From Coleofasciculus sp. B1-GNL1-01 (lineage in GTDB: Bacteria; Cyanobacteriota; Cyanobacteriia; Cyanobacteriales; Coleofasciculaceae), in assembly GCA_040220235.1 (NCBI GenBank), contig JAVJTO010000102.1: DNA of 64,000 bases; one strand, 5' to 3'. Positions 28,801-38,484 of the stretch are shown here, in pieces. The position numbers and the translations under genes are program-made. The first letter of the stretch is position 1. The number at the start of each line of letters is the position of its first letter. The notes under the pieces were generated by a model. It saw nothing but the letters and a program-made list of their open reading frames with translations, was not told the DNA's origin and ran no database searches.

Positions 28801-30426
28801 CGCCAGTCGCAAGGCGTCTTCGACTGACAAACTCATATCTTCCTTGGAAGCTTTCATGATGGTTTGCGCCGCCCGCGCATCGGCGGGTTGCAGGGCAATC
28901 CATTCCCCATTCACTTCCACTAAGGGGGATTTGAGGGACATCAACCGTTGGAATTCAGATTTGGAGAGTTTGGTATCACCAATGGCTAAATCCCATTTAA
29001 ATTTCAGCAGGCTTTGTAACCCTAACCGTTCGTCTTTTTTGGATTTGGGTGCTTCTGCGGTAATACTAATACCGAGGCGTTTTTCCCCTGATCCGGGGGC
29101 TAATCCTGGGGGTAAGATAATCCCCAAACCACTGTCTTGCAGTCGCCATGCACTAGCTTTGATAAATTCATACACTTGGACGGGATTGAGTTCACAGAAT
29201 CGGGGACAGCGTTCGTGTAAGCTGGCTTCTAGGGGAGGATAGAGACGAGAGGCTAATCCTAATCCCTTGAGTAGGGTTTCTTGAGGCTGTGCAATGGTTC
29301 GCCCGTGATAGTCTAATTGTTCGATAGGATGCCGCCAAATCGTTTTGGCATCGACTAATAAGTCTGCCTCGTCCATGGCTTGCAAGCAAAAGTCAAGCCG
29401 CCAGTTGGCTTCGTCGGGTTCTGGGGGTTGCAAGACTAAGCAGGTGCGGAAGAGATTTTGGGTTAAGCCTTGGGTGGTGGGAGTCACCAAATGCTGTTGA
29501 ATCGAGGTTGTCCAATTAGACAGGGCGGTATCTAAACGGGCGATCGCCATCGGTTCAACGTTCAGGCTATCCTTGGCGCTACACAGGGCTTGTAGCCATT
29601 CGGGGATGGGTGAGGTGGCGGTTGGGGGTGATAGTGATTCAACCCAGTTTTGCACCTGAGTATTAATGGCGTGTCTTAAAAAGTTGAGGATGAGGGATTG
29701 GGGATTGTTAATTGGTGATTGGGAATATTCTCCCCCATCTCCCTCTGCTTCCCCTGCTTCCCCTGCTTCCACATACGCTTGACAAGCCAAGGGCATAGAT
29801 TGGGTAAACTCGGCTAACCGGGTTTGATCGGTGGCGCTGTCGATCAGGGGTTGCCAGTAGGCGATCGCTTTACCGTTGGGTTGGCGATATAATCCAGGTA
29901 AAAATTTACACCGAGTCAGTAAGTCTAAACTCCAGCGATAGACATGAGTCCAAAATCGTAAGTCTGATCCGACGTAATTATCGGCAACATTGAATCCCCC
30001 TAAGGGCAGAGATTGCAGAAAGGGGAGGGCGGTTGAGGGGGTGAGACGGTAGCCGGAAACCTGCCATTGATGCAGTTCGAGGGAGGAGGAATCTGTCTCG
30101 TCGGTGAGGAGTTGGGCGGAAAGGATTGGGTAGGCTGGTGTCTTGGCTTCTGCGGGGTGAGTGGGTAAGACGAAGACGTGGCTGTGCCAGGAGGCGATCG
30201 CACTCTCGCTGTTTCCTTTGGCTTTTCCGGTTCCAGAGTCGGGCAGGGTTAAACCGCGATCGCTTAAAAATTCGCTTAACTCTGTCTGTGTCATCGCAAA
30301 AGGATGGGGCATAATCCCCGTCTTAGCGGCAGAGTCAACAGAGGCTAAAGGACGCCATTGTTCTCCCCAAATAAATAAATAATTATCAGATTCGCCTGTA
30401 ATCCAACTACCATGTAAAATTGCCAT
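25825..30426 (-). CDS. SNF2/SWI2-family helicase, intein-containing
   Basis: LRPYQ, LADDMGLGK/T split by an intein, LDEAQNIKN, LTGTPVENRL, SLKAGGTGLNL, QATDRAFRIGQ. Confidence 0.93.
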   Translation of the reverse strand: MAILHGSWITGESDNYLFIWGEQWRPLASVDSAAKTGIMPHPFAMTQTELSEFLSDRGLTLPDSGTGKAKGNSESAIASWHSHVFVLPTHPAEAKTPAYPILSAQLLTDETDSSSLELHQWQVSGYRLTPSTALPFLQSLPLGGFNVADNYVGSDLRFWTHVYRWSLDLLTRCKFLPGLYRQPNGKAIAYWQPLIDSATDQTRLAEFTQSMPLACQAYVEAGEAGEAEGDGGEYSQSPINNPQSLILNFLRHAINTQVQNWVESLSPPTATSPIPEWLQALCSAKDSLNVEPMAIARLDTALSNWTTSIQQHLVTPTTQGLTQNLFRTCLVLQPPEPDEANWRLDFCLQAMDEADLLVDAKTIWRHPIEQLDYHGRTIAQPQETLLKGLGLASRLYPPLEASLHERCPRFCELNPVQVYEFIKASAWRLQDSGLGIILPPGLAPGSGEKRLGISITAEAPKSKKDERLGLQSLLKFKWDLAIGDTKLSKSEFQRLMSLKSPLVEVNGEWIALQPADARAAQTIMKASKEDMSLSVEDALRLATGDTKTLGKLPVVHFEASGALQELITNLTGNRTIEPIDVPQDFNGTLRPYQLRGASWLAFLERWGLGACLADDMGLGKCVAPSTLISVNGTVIQAEDIWNQYAGDTEFDGEGFWSQPIESLQVNAIDSQTHKMTTAPIQRLYRQRVQEKLRTVTLKDGSRITITYRHKLLTHHGWTTNFQVGDYVCVPAKMIWQGQPEDPDLVKFLAWQIAEGCEQSDQARVNISQKDKDCLQDLLQIFQKIGQRYNLKINTPSICTYPNRVADLRINSQTYREFLQTKGYSWGMRSHQKSIPDFIMQADRDTVKIFLQNYFDAEASVISQMRSIEISTASPLLIQQLSVLLRRFGIWLRISSKQKKATNGKQIIRTYHNGTIGGNSARRFLQEIGFNYPEKQRKLAEICERVSNTNVEGIPASDIVAETVTATQLPIRHLGMHNTVYINGSQQFSRASLERVVAGMERITSGVAERDYRHQKPSKWTSQTLDAYTKLDKLQLNFTKERLQRLLDQEVFYCQIQDIEDIDYEGWVYDFEVSHHHNFVANNILCHNTIQTIAFLLHLKDKDVLESPTLLVCPTSVLGNWEREVKKFAPTLKAIVHHGDKRSKGKTFAKAVKTKDLVITSYPLVYRDAASLESVSWQGVVLDEAQNIKNPGAKQSQAVRKLPTEFRIALTGTPVENRLSELWSILDFLNPAYLGDRQFFQRRFAMPIEKFGDRDSLQTLRSLVQPFILRRLKTDKTIIQDLPEKQEMTVFCGLAAEQATLYQKLVDESLVEIEAAEGIQRKGLILTLLMRLKQVCNHPAQLLKEKSLKDAKRSGKLLRLQEMLDEAISEGDRALIFTQFAEWGKLLKPYLAKQFDQEILFLYGATRKKQREEMIDRFQNDPEGPPILILSLKAGGTGLNLTRANHVFHIDRWWNPAVENQATDRAFRIGQTRNVQVHKFVCTGTLEERINDMIESKKQLAEQTVEAGENWVTDMDTDQLRSLLLLDRTAVIDE
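27166..28566 (-). mobile_element. Intein with LAGLIDADG homing endonuclease (467 aa)
   Basis: Starts at Cys after GLGK and ends VYDFEV..HHNFVANNILCHN before Thr; block B ITYRHKLL; LAWQIAEG and LQNYFDAEAS motifs. Confidence 0.92.
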
Positions 30427-30766
30427 GTTTATAGAAAAATGAAAATAGAATCCAAGACTATCAATTGCTGCTTGTCAAATTTTAATCAATGGGTGTGAGG
30501 CAGCAACTCTCGCACTCAGTCGGGGCAAGGTTAGTCCCATCTGGATGAGACAAGAAACGATACTCGTAAAACTCGACCTGACTGAACTCAAAACTCAGAC
30601 ACGCAATGGGTCTGGAAAATTCAAAACTCAAAACTCAAAACCAGGTTCCCTTGAACGGACGTGAAGGGTGAAAACTTAACACCCTTCTCAAAGCAGCATT
30701 ATTCCATAAATGCTAGGATTGCGACAGAGAAAAAAACGTGATAAACAGAGAAGGGTAACGAACCAA

Positions 30767-32914
30767 ATGGTAGAGTTAGACAAATCAATATCCTTTGATG
30801 GACGGGATATTCGGCTAAGAGCCGGTCTACTAGCACCCCAAGCTGGGGGATCTGTACTAATTGAGTCAGGAGATACAGCGGTTTTAGTTACGGCGACTCG
30901 CTCAGCGGGTCGAGAAGGCATCGATTTTCTCCCCTTATTAGTAGACTACGAGGAAAGACTGTATGCAGCGGGTCGAATTCCCGGTGGGTTTCTGCGCCGC
31001 GAAGGGCGTCCTCCGGAAAAAGTTACACTCACCAGCCGTTTGATTGACCGCCCGTTGCGCCCCTTGTTTCCCAGTTGGCTACGGGATGATATTCAGATTG
31101 TAGCCACAACCTTGTCCATGGATGAACAAGTGCCACCGGATGTGCTGGCGGTAACGGGGGCATCCGTCGCGGTACTGCAAGCCCAAATTCCATTCTATGG
31201 TCCGATGGCAGCAGTACGAGTGGGGCTAGTTGGAGATGATTTCATTATTAATCCAACATACCGCGAAATCGACAATGGTGATCTAGATTTGGTGGTCGCG
31301 GGTTCTCCCCAAGGGGTGATCATGGTGGAAGCCGGGGCGAATCAACTGCCAGAACGGGATATTATTGAGGCGATTGAATTTGGCTATGAAGCCGTACAGG
31401 ATTTAATTGCGGCTCAGGAAAACCTGCTCAAAGAGTTGGGAATTGAGATTATCCAAGCCGAACCCCCAGAAACCTCATCGGAACTGGAAGAGTTTATTCG
31501 CGATCGCGCCACGAAACCGATTAAGAAAGTTTTGTCTCAGTTTGACTTCGATAAGCATGATCGCGATGAAGCCTTGGATGAGATCAAGGAACAGGAAATT
31601 CTGGCTCCCATCGCCGAACGTCCAGAGGATGATCCCCTGCGCGTGGCGGCGGCAGATGATCAACTGCTTAGCAGTATGTTCAAAAGCTTGACCAAGAAGC
31701 TGATGCGATCGCAGATTGTTGAGGACGGGGTGCGCGTTGATGGGCGTAAACTGGATGAGGTGCGTCCGGTGTCGTGTCAGGTGGGGCTATTGCCCTCTCG
31801 TGTTCATGGGAGTGGTTTATTTAATCGCGGCTTGACTCAAGTCCTGTCTACGGTGACGTTGGGAACCCCTGGGGATGCTCAAATGTTGGATGATTTGAAT
31901 CCCGAAGAAGAGAAGCGTTACCTGCACCACTATAACTTTCCGCCCTTTTCTGTGGGGGAAACCAAACCCATGCGATCGCCTGGACGTCGGGAAATCGGTC
32001 ATGGGGCGTTAGCGGAACGGGCGATTATTCCCATATTACCGCCGCAAAATGAGTTTCCTTATGTGATTCGGGTGGTATCGGAGGTGCTATCCTCCAATGG
32101 TTCAACCTCGATGGGTTCGGTGTGTGGATCGACGCTAGCTTTAATGGATGCTGGGGTGCCAATTACCAAGCCTGTTAGTGGGGCGGCGATGGGATTGATA
32201 AAAGAAGGCGATGAAGTCCGCATTCTCACTGATATTCAAGGGATTGAAGACTTTTTAGGCGACATGGACTTCAAAGTCGCGGGAACGGATAGCGGAATTA
32301 CCGCGTTACAAATGGACATGAAAATCACCGGGTTGTCCATGGACACCGTTGCTAAAGCGATTGAACAAGCCAAACCAGCGCGACTGCATATTTTAGAAAA
32401 GATGCTGGCGACAATTGACAAACCCCGTCCTGATTTGTCGGCGTTTGCGCCACGCTTGTTGACGATGAAGATTGATCCGGACTTAATTGGCTTGGTGATT
32501 GGTCCTGGCGGTAAGACGATTAAAGGGATTACCGAACAAACCGGTGCCAAAGTCGATATTGATGATGATGGCACGATTACGGTTTCTGCGGTTGAAGGGG
32601 AAAAGGCAAAGAAAGCGATTACCCTGATTCACGGGATGACCCGTCGCTTAGAAGAAGGGGATGTTTATGCAGGGCGCGTGACACGGATTATTCCCATTGG
32701 TGCGTTTGTGGAAGTGTTACCGGGGAAAGAGGGAATGATTCATATTTCCCAACTGGCAGATTATCGGGTCGGTAAGGTCGAAGATGAGGTGGCTGTTGGC
32801 GATGAAGTGATTGTAAAAGTTCGCGAAATTGACAACAAAGGTCGGATTAATCTGACTCGTTTGGGAATTCATCCCGATGAAGCAGCCGCAGCGCGTGCAG
32901 CAGCGACAACTTAG
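30767..32914 (+). CDS. pnp: Polyribonucleotide nucleotidyltransferase
   Basis: [41 protein letters not shown] and S1 domains. Start at MVELDK preferred. Confidence 0.96.
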   Translation: MVELDKSISFDGRDIRLRAGLLAPQAGGSVLIESGDTAVLVTATRSAGREGIDFLPLLVDYEERLYAAGRIPGGFLRREGRPPEKVTLTSRLIDRPLRPLFPSWLRDDIQIVATTLSMDEQVPPDVLAVTGASVAVLQAQIPFYGPMAAVRVGLVGDDFIINPTYREIDNGDLDLVVAGSPQGVIMVEAGANQLPERDIIEAIEFGYEAVQDLIAAQENLLKELGIEIIQAEPPETSSELEEFIRDRATKPIKKVLSQFDFDKHDRDEALDEIKEQEILAPIAERPEDDPLRVAAADDQLLSSMFKSLTKKLMRSQIVEDGVRVDGRKLDEVRPVSCQVGLLPSRVHGSGLFNRGLTQVLSTVTLGTPGDAQMLDDLNPEEEKRYLHHYNFPPFSVGETKPMRSPGRREIGHGALAERAIIPILPPQNEFPYVIRVVSEVLSSNGSTSMGSVCGSTLALMDAGVPITKPVSGAAMGLIKEGDEVRILTDIQGIEDFLGDMDFKVAGTDSGITALQMDMKITGLSMDTVAKAIEQAKPARLHILEKMLATIDKPRPDLSAFAPRLLTMKIDPDLIGLVIGPGGKTIKGITEQTGAKVDIDDDGTITVSAVEGEKAKKAITLIHGMTRRLEEGDVYAGRVTRIIPIGAFVEVLPGKEGMIHISQLADYRVGKVEDEVAVGDEVIVKVREIDNKGRINLTRLGIHPDEAAAARAAATT

Positions 32915-32938
32915 ATAGTTTTGGAGTTAGCTGAACGT

Positions 32939-33041
32939 TAAGCTGTAATGCATTTAAATTGGGTATTAGTAGCGAGCAAGATGCTCGCACTACAAGGATC
33001 TCGCAATTCTTGACATTATGGTTTAAATGCCGAACAGCTTA
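32939..33041. mobile_element. TA-flanked MITE, inverted copy of the 5633-5760 family
   Basis: Same termini; lacks an internal segment present in the other two copies. Confidence 0.78.
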
Positions 33042-33096
33042 AGTCAATTGTCAGTAAGCCTCAGCATCCGCCAAGAACTCAAGTTCTTGGCTAAAA

Positions 33097-33333
33097 GCTT
33101 AAGTCCATTAAAATAGACTAAAACTCTGATCCAGTCCGCTCAATTCTGACTTGAGTAGGGTGGGCATTGCCCACCAACCTTAAGTCGAATGCCACTGAAT
33201 TTAGAGTTTGTAGTCAGCGCTGTCCTCGCTTCTGGCACGCTTCGTGCCTACTAAGAACCCAGCTTAAGTCAGTGACTTCAGTCCATTAAAATGGACTCAA
33301 ACTCTGATCCAGTCCACTCGATTCTGACTTAAG
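33097..33333. repeat. Duplicated short palindromic unit AGTCCATTAAAAT(A/G)GACT..ACTCTGATCCAGTCC
   Basis: Two copies near 33102 and 33280; a related unit lies at ~16197-16250. Confidence 0.6.
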
Positions 33334-33408
33334 CGTTTGCCCTTGGGTTTCAACCCAAGGCAATTTCAAGCAAGTGATACAAGATCTGATTCTTCGCTGA
33401 TTATCTTG

Positions 33409-34116
33409 ATGAACGATATCTATGGTGGCAAAACTCCCAGAGATATCCCCAACTACAGCATTGGGGACACCGCCCGCTACCTGAAAATTCCCGCCGCAAC
33501 GATTCGTTCTTGGACAGTAGGACGAAACTATCCTGTCAGCGAAGGCGAAAAGAAATTTTATCCCCTGATTGAGGTCAAAAAAAGCCAACCGATTCGACTG
33601 AGTTTTACTAATTTAATTGAAGTTCATATCCTGCGGGCAATCCGAAAACACCACAAAATTGACCTGGATAAAGTTAGAGCGACACTAGATTATATTGACG
33701 AACAACTGCAAATCCCTCACCCCCTCGCCCACCAAGAATTCCAGACGGATGGAATTGACCTATTTATTGAACGCTACGGTTCTCTAATTAACACGTCAAA
33801 ACAAGGGCAGACAAATCTCAAAGATGCCCTCAAAACCCACCTTGAACGCATCGAACTCGACGACAGGGGTTTAGCCATCAAACTCTATCCCTTTACCCGC
33901 AACGGCGAACAGGATAATCCTCGCTGGGTTGTGATTGACCCGCGTATTGCCTTCGGGCGTCTTGTGATTGCAGGAACTGGAATTCCCACCAGCATCCTCG
34001 CCGAACGCTATAAAGCTGGGGATTCCATCGATGATTTGGCTTATGATTATGATTGCGATCGCCTGAAAATTGAAGAAGCGATTCGCTGTGAAATGGATAA
34101 TCAAAAAGCTGCATGA
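33409..34116 (+). CDS. DUF433 / HTH antitoxin (VapB45-like)
   Basis: N-terminal HTH (ARYLKIPAATIRSW), LSFTNLIE, C-terminal IDPRIAFGRLVIAGTGIPT..AGDSIDDLAYDY. Confidence 0.85.
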   Translation: MNDIYGGKTPRDIPNYSIGDTARYLKIPAATIRSWTVGRNYPVSEGEKKFYPLIEVKKSQPIRLSFTNLIEVHILRAIRKHHKIDLDKVRATLDYIDEQLQIPHPLAHQEFQTDGIDLFIERYGSLINTSKQGQTNLKDALKTHLERIELDDRGLAIKLYPFTRNGEQDNPRWVVIDPRIAFGRLVIAGTGIPTSILAERYKAGDSIDDLAYDYDCDRLKIEEAIRCEMDNQKAA

Positions 34117-34547
34117 GTGAACCGTCAACAGAAATCGTCTTCTTCATCGACAGATGTTTAGGAAAACGGTATATTGTCGAAGCCCTCAAAGACACTGGAA
34201 TTACTGTCGAAATCCATGACGATCACTTTCCTCAAGCAGCCCAAGATGTAACCTGGATGCCAGAAGTCGGAAAAAGGGGCTGGATTATTCTCACCAAAGA
34301 TGCCGCGATTGGGAGAAATCAACTGGAACGTCAAGCTGTCGCCTATGCAGGAATTCGTATGTTTGCCCTTGCCTCTCAAAATCTTTCGGGAAGAGAAATG
34401 GCTGAAATTTTTAGAGTTGCCATCCTCGAAATGCAGAAATTCATTGAAAAGAATCCAGCCCCCTTCATTGCTAAAGTCTATCGAGAAGGTAAAGTAAAAT
34501 CCTGGAAAACTCAAGCTGATCTCTTGGCAGAACTAGAAAAGGATTGA
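34113..34547 (+). CDS. PIN-like toxin (VapC45-like)
   Basis: FFIDRCLG, D..W...G..GWIILTKD; ATGA overlap with the DUF433 gene. Confidence 0.82.
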   Translation: MSEPSTEIVFFIDRCLGKRYIVEALKDTGITVEIHDDHFPQAAQDVTWMPEVGKRGWIILTKDAAIGRNQLERQAVAYAGIRMFALASQNLSGREMAEIFRVAILEMQKFIEKNPAPFIAKVYREGKVKSWKTQADLLAELEKD

Positions 34548-34558
34548 ACTTCACTTAA

Positions 34559-37500
34559 CTAATTAGAAATGCCGTCGCAGAGAGCGCGATCGCTTTCTCT
34601 CACGTTCGGGTTAGTCTTAAGGTAGTCTCGCGCCAAATTACACCCCTTTACTAGTAACTCATCTAAATCCAGACTCCACAGTTTAATTGTATTATCACCA
34701 CTTCCAGAGGCTAAGGTTTTTCCATCGGGGCTAAAACTTACACTCTTGACCCATGAATCATGTTCATTAAGGGTGGCAGTCGCTTCGCCTGTTTCTAAAT
34801 TCCACAGTTTAATTGTATTATCATCACTTCCAGAGGCTAAGGTTTGCCCATCGGGGCTGAAACTTACACTATTGAGCGATGAATCATGTCCATTGAGGGT
34901 GGTAATTGCTTCCCCTGTTTCTAGATTCCATAGTTTGATTGTATTATCACCACTTCCAGAGGCTAAGGTTTTCCCATCGGGGCTGAAACTTACACTATTG
35001 ACCAATGAATCATGTCCATTGAGGGTGGTAATCGCTTCCCCTGTTTCTAGCTTCCACAGTTTTATTGTATTATCGTAACTTCCAGAGGCTAAGGTTTTCC
35101 CATCGGGGCTGAAACTTACACTACTGATCCATGAATCATGTCCTTCTAGACGGTTGTATTCCCTCACAGGATTAACTGCCTGCCTAAGTACATTTGCAAC
35201 TCGTACTTTTGTCGCATGATCAAGCTGTTTCTCAGATATCTGTTTCAGTGGTATTCCTGCCTGTAAAGCAGCTATCAGTGCATCAAATATTTTATCCTGG
35301 TTGAAAAGTTCCTCTGCATATCGACTGAGACTATCACTTTGACCAATTTGAAGTTTTTCAGCTCGCCGCCTTTGAGATTCAGCTTGCCAAGTTAATCCAG
35401 CTAATCCAAATACAGCCACTACTGAACCCACTAATGCTATCCTAATAAACCGATTAAATCGTTGTTCACCAATTTGACGTTTCTCTTTCTCTATTGTTAA
35501 TTCTTCTAAAAGTTTAGTCGTCTGATTTTGTCGAATAAAGGGAACTAAATAATCGTGAACCAATTGATAACGGTCATCAGGAGATTCTGGTATCCGTACC
35601 ACTAACCCAGAATCCACTAAAATCGGTAAAACTAAATCATCTAATTGACGCCTTTTAACCTGTAACCCTGCGGCGGCTAAATCTTGGCTCAACTCACTGC
35701 GAGTCTTCAGGGGACGAGTTAGATTTTCAGCGGTTAGCCAATATAAAACCAGTCGAGTAATTCTGTCATTCTCTTGACCACAGTCTTTAATAACTCCCTC
35801 TAAATAGTGGTTGACCAATACTTCTTTAGGATTTTCACCTAGTCCTCGATACTGTTCTAGCCGAGTAATCTTCTTGTCCTGAAACTGTGCGCCAACTATC
35901 TGCAATTCAATCGGACGGACTGAATCCAACTCAATGGCTAAATCCTTAACCAGTTCCGTGATTAATCCAGGTTCTAAATAAAACTGGGAGCGTTGGGTTA
36001 ACCGTTCAATCACTAACCTGGCTTCCTCTGGGGTAAAGTTACCTAAATAACAGAGAATATCCTTATCTAAAATATTATGGTTGATGGCTCCCAGATAGTT
36101 CAGGCGATTACACTCTAATAGATAATGGAGATAGTCTTCTCGTAGAGACAGAATCAGTTTCACAAAGGGAATATCCAGGCAATCCGCCAAAAAACGATAA
36201 AATTCCTGTCGTTTTCCTGGGTCTTTAGCAATAAAGAAAAACTCTTCAAACTGGTCAAATATCAGAACCGTTACCCGGTTACGGTCTGCATTAGTCCGCA
36301 ATTGTTGGATAATGACTGCTGTTGAATTTAATGTTTCCCCTAATGCTTCTGCCAAACCCGTCCCCAAGGTTTCCACCCAATTGGTATAAATCCTGAGAAC
36401 CACAGGGAAAGCTTCGCGCTCTCCAATCAACTGTTGTCTCAACGCTGGAACTAATCCCGCCTGGATAATTGAACTTTTACCGACACCGGATTGACCATGA
36501 ATAATCGTGAGTTTATGGTCATTTCGACGGATTCGTTGGATTAACTCTTTGATCAACTTTTCTCGACCAGAAGCAGCGATTTCTTGGGCAATAATCGCTT
36601 GTTTATCCGTTGATGTCTCTGCCACATTAATCAACTGCTTTTTCGCTTGGAGATGAGACGCTCCCGCAAACGCCTGAAATCCATATTGATATTCAATCGA
36701 CCGTTTAGTTTGCTTCAGTTCAAATGCCTTCCGGTATTCTCCTTGCTCAAAATAAAGAGAGCGCAACATTGCCAAACTCTTGATATAAAGTTGAGGATCA
36801 TAGTCTGGCTGATTTCCCTCTATCCCTTGTTCTAAATGAGCAATCGCCGCTTTAATTTCCCCTAAAGACTGACAAGCACTGGCTAAAATAAAATGATAAA
36901 ACGTCTGTTCACGCGGATGACGTTCAGGACTTTGATTTAAAAGCGTCAGTGCCTGTTGAGCCAATTGTTTTGCCTCTTGCCAGCGCGACTGCTTCAGCGC
37001 TACTTCTGCTAACATTCCATAATCTTGAGCCACTTGTAGAGACGTGCCATACTGCTGATGCAACCTTTGAGCTGATTCAGCCAAATGCCTTAAATCATCC
37101 CAGTCTTGTAATTGTCGCAGAACTTCGGCAAAGTGGTGAATCGTTGAGGCAATTAAATCAAATCGTTGACCTTCAGCAAATTTCTGAATCGATTCCTGAA
37201 AATAATTTCTGCTTGTGCGCCAATCCTGCTCATCCTTCCCTGAATTTTGTTCAGCTTTGCGGGAATAACAGAGAGCGATATGTAAAAACAAAATACCCTG
37301 GCGTTCTAATTCCTCAGTATGGGCATCTATCAGCACATCCCGACAAGTCTGATAATGGGCTAATGCTTCATCAAATCGATGATGCTTAAAATCATTGAAG
37401 CCGCGCACAAATTCCAGATTAGCTGCCAACTCTGGCGCTATCTCTTGCCCTCGCTTTTGTAACGCTGTCCAGGCTAATTCAAGTTCATCATAATTGTCCA

Positions 37501-38026
37501 AAGAAACCGTTAAATCAGCCCTAAAGAGTTTCTCAGTTTCCTGGGTTAGAAATTCCAGCAATTCCGCCGTTGTCCATTGAAACTCAACCGTCGTCGCCCA
37601 GCTTTCCAAATCAGGCGCTACCCGAATCAACCTTTGCCAAACCGGATCATTCATCCAGAGAATCAGAGGAAAAGAAAAATTATGACTCAACTCCTCTCGG
37701 ATATAATTACTGGATTTGAAAACATCAGTGAGATTCCTAACCGACTCTAAACCCAATACAATGACAGCCTGAGGTGTTTCATCTGCCAATTCTGTCTTAA
37801 TAAACCTGTAGAGAGACTTCACCGACTCTGCCAAAACCAACTCGCGAATCGGCACCGGAGATACTTCTCGCAGACTTTGCACCATGCGCTGTCGTAATTC
37901 CCCATAATTACAGCGCACCAAAATCAGGCGAAACTGTCCCTGGGATAGCCGAAGCGATCGCACGAGGGCATTTAACGACTTCTGGTTATCCGCTATACTA
38001 TCATCTGGCTGGGGCGTATGAGTCAT
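34559..38026 (-). CDS. TPR + STAND-type NTPase + transmembrane + WD40 repeat protein
   Basis: TPR-like helices, GQSGVGKSS, LIFDQFEEFF, LSLREDYL, YQLVHDYL, one transmembrane segment, four WD40 repeats. Confidence 0.85.
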   Translation of the reverse strand: MTHTPQPDDSIADNQKSLNALVRSLRLSQGQFRLILVRCNYGELRQRMVQSLREVSPVPIRELVLAESVKSLYRFIKTELADETPQAVIVLGLESVRNLTDVFKSSNYIREELSHNFSFPLILWMNDPVWQRLIRVAPDLESWATTVEFQWTTAELLEFLTQETEKLFRADLTVSLDNYDELELAWTALQKRGQEIAPELAANLEFVRGFNDFKHHRFDEALAHYQTCRDVLIDAHTEELERQGILFLHIALCYSRKAEQNSGKDEQDWRTSRNYFQESIQKFAEGQRFDLIASTIHHFAEVLRQLQDWDDLRHLAESAQRLHQQYGTSLQVAQDYGMLAEVALKQSRWQEAKQLAQQALTLLNQSPERHPREQTFYHFILASACQSLGEIKAAIAHLEQGIEGNQPDYDPQLYIKSLAMLRSLYFEQGEYRKAFELKQTKRSIEYQYGFQAFAGASHLQAKKQLINVAETSTDKQAIIAQEIAASGREKLIKELIQRIRRNDHKLTIIHGQSGVGKSSIIQAGLVPALRQQLIGEREAFPVVLRIYTNWVETLGTGLAEALGETLNSTAVIIQQLRTNADRNRVTVLIFDQFEEFFFIAKDPGKRQEFYRFLADCLDIPFVKLILSLREDYLHYLLECNRLNYLGAINHNILDKDILCYLGNFTPEEARLVIERLTQRSQFYLEPGLITELVKDLAIELDSVRPIELQIVGAQFQDKKITRLEQYRGLGENPKEVLVNHYLEGVIKDCGQENDRITRLVLYWLTAENLTRPLKTRSELSQDLAAAGLQVKRRQLDDLVLPILVDSGLVVRIPESPDDRYQLVHDYLVPFIRQNQTTKLLEELTIEKEKRQIGEQRFNRFIRIALVGSVVAVFGLAGLTWQAESQRRRAEKLQIGQSDSLSRYAEELFNQDKIFDALIAALQAGIPLKQISEKQLDHATKVRVANVLRQAVNPVREYNRLEGHDSWISSVSFSPDGKTLASGSYDNTIKLWKLETGEAITTLNGHDSLVNSVSFSPDGKTLASGSGDNTIKLWNLETGEAITTLNGHDSSLNSVSFSPDGQTLASGSDDNTIKLWNLETGEATATLNEHDSWVKSVSFSPDGKTLASGSGDNTIKLWSLDLDELLVKGCNLARDYLKTNPNVRESDRALCDGISN
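34676..35149 (-). repeat. Four highly similar 126-bp WD40 coding repeats
   Basis: HDS...SVSFSPDG.TLASGS.DNTIKLW repeated four times with near-identical DNA. Confidence 0.9.
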
Positions 38027-38109
38027 GGATCAATTTTATGCGATTCGCGTGCATCTTAACCGCGTAAATTCTCTAATCTTCATCTTAATCCCTAAATTCC
38101 GTCAATTTC

Positions 38110-38390
38110 GTAGGGTGCGTTAGCGAAAGCGTAACGCACCGAATTCTACCCAATCTAAAACGCACCGCATCCTACCCAATCCTCAACGCACCGCATCCGC
38201 TACTCATCCCAAATTCCCCCAGGCAAATCAGGAACTTCACTCACCCCCCAATTTTGCGAATAAATCCCCTGTGCCATCAACCGATGAAGACTAGAAAATT
38301 CCCACTCCTGGAGAACAGAACACAATCCATGTTTTACCGGATTATAGTCCAAGATTATTTGGTGCGTTACGCTTCGCTAACGCACCCTAC
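38110..38390 (-). pseudogene. RAYT (REP-associated tyrosine transposase) C-terminal remnant between inverted REPs
   Basis: Minus strand ~38346-38200 reads YNPVKHGLCSVLQEWEFSSLHRLMAQGIYSQNWG. Flanked by GTAGGGTGCGTTAGCGAA(A)GCGTAACGCACC at 38110-38140 and its inverse at 38361-38390. Confidence 0.75.
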
Positions 38391-38484
38391 AATTACTACA
38401 ATTACTTGTTTCTTGCTCCCCTCTCCCCAAGGGTGGGAGAGGGGCTGGGGGTGAGGGGTTGAGCTTAAATAACATCATTGAACT

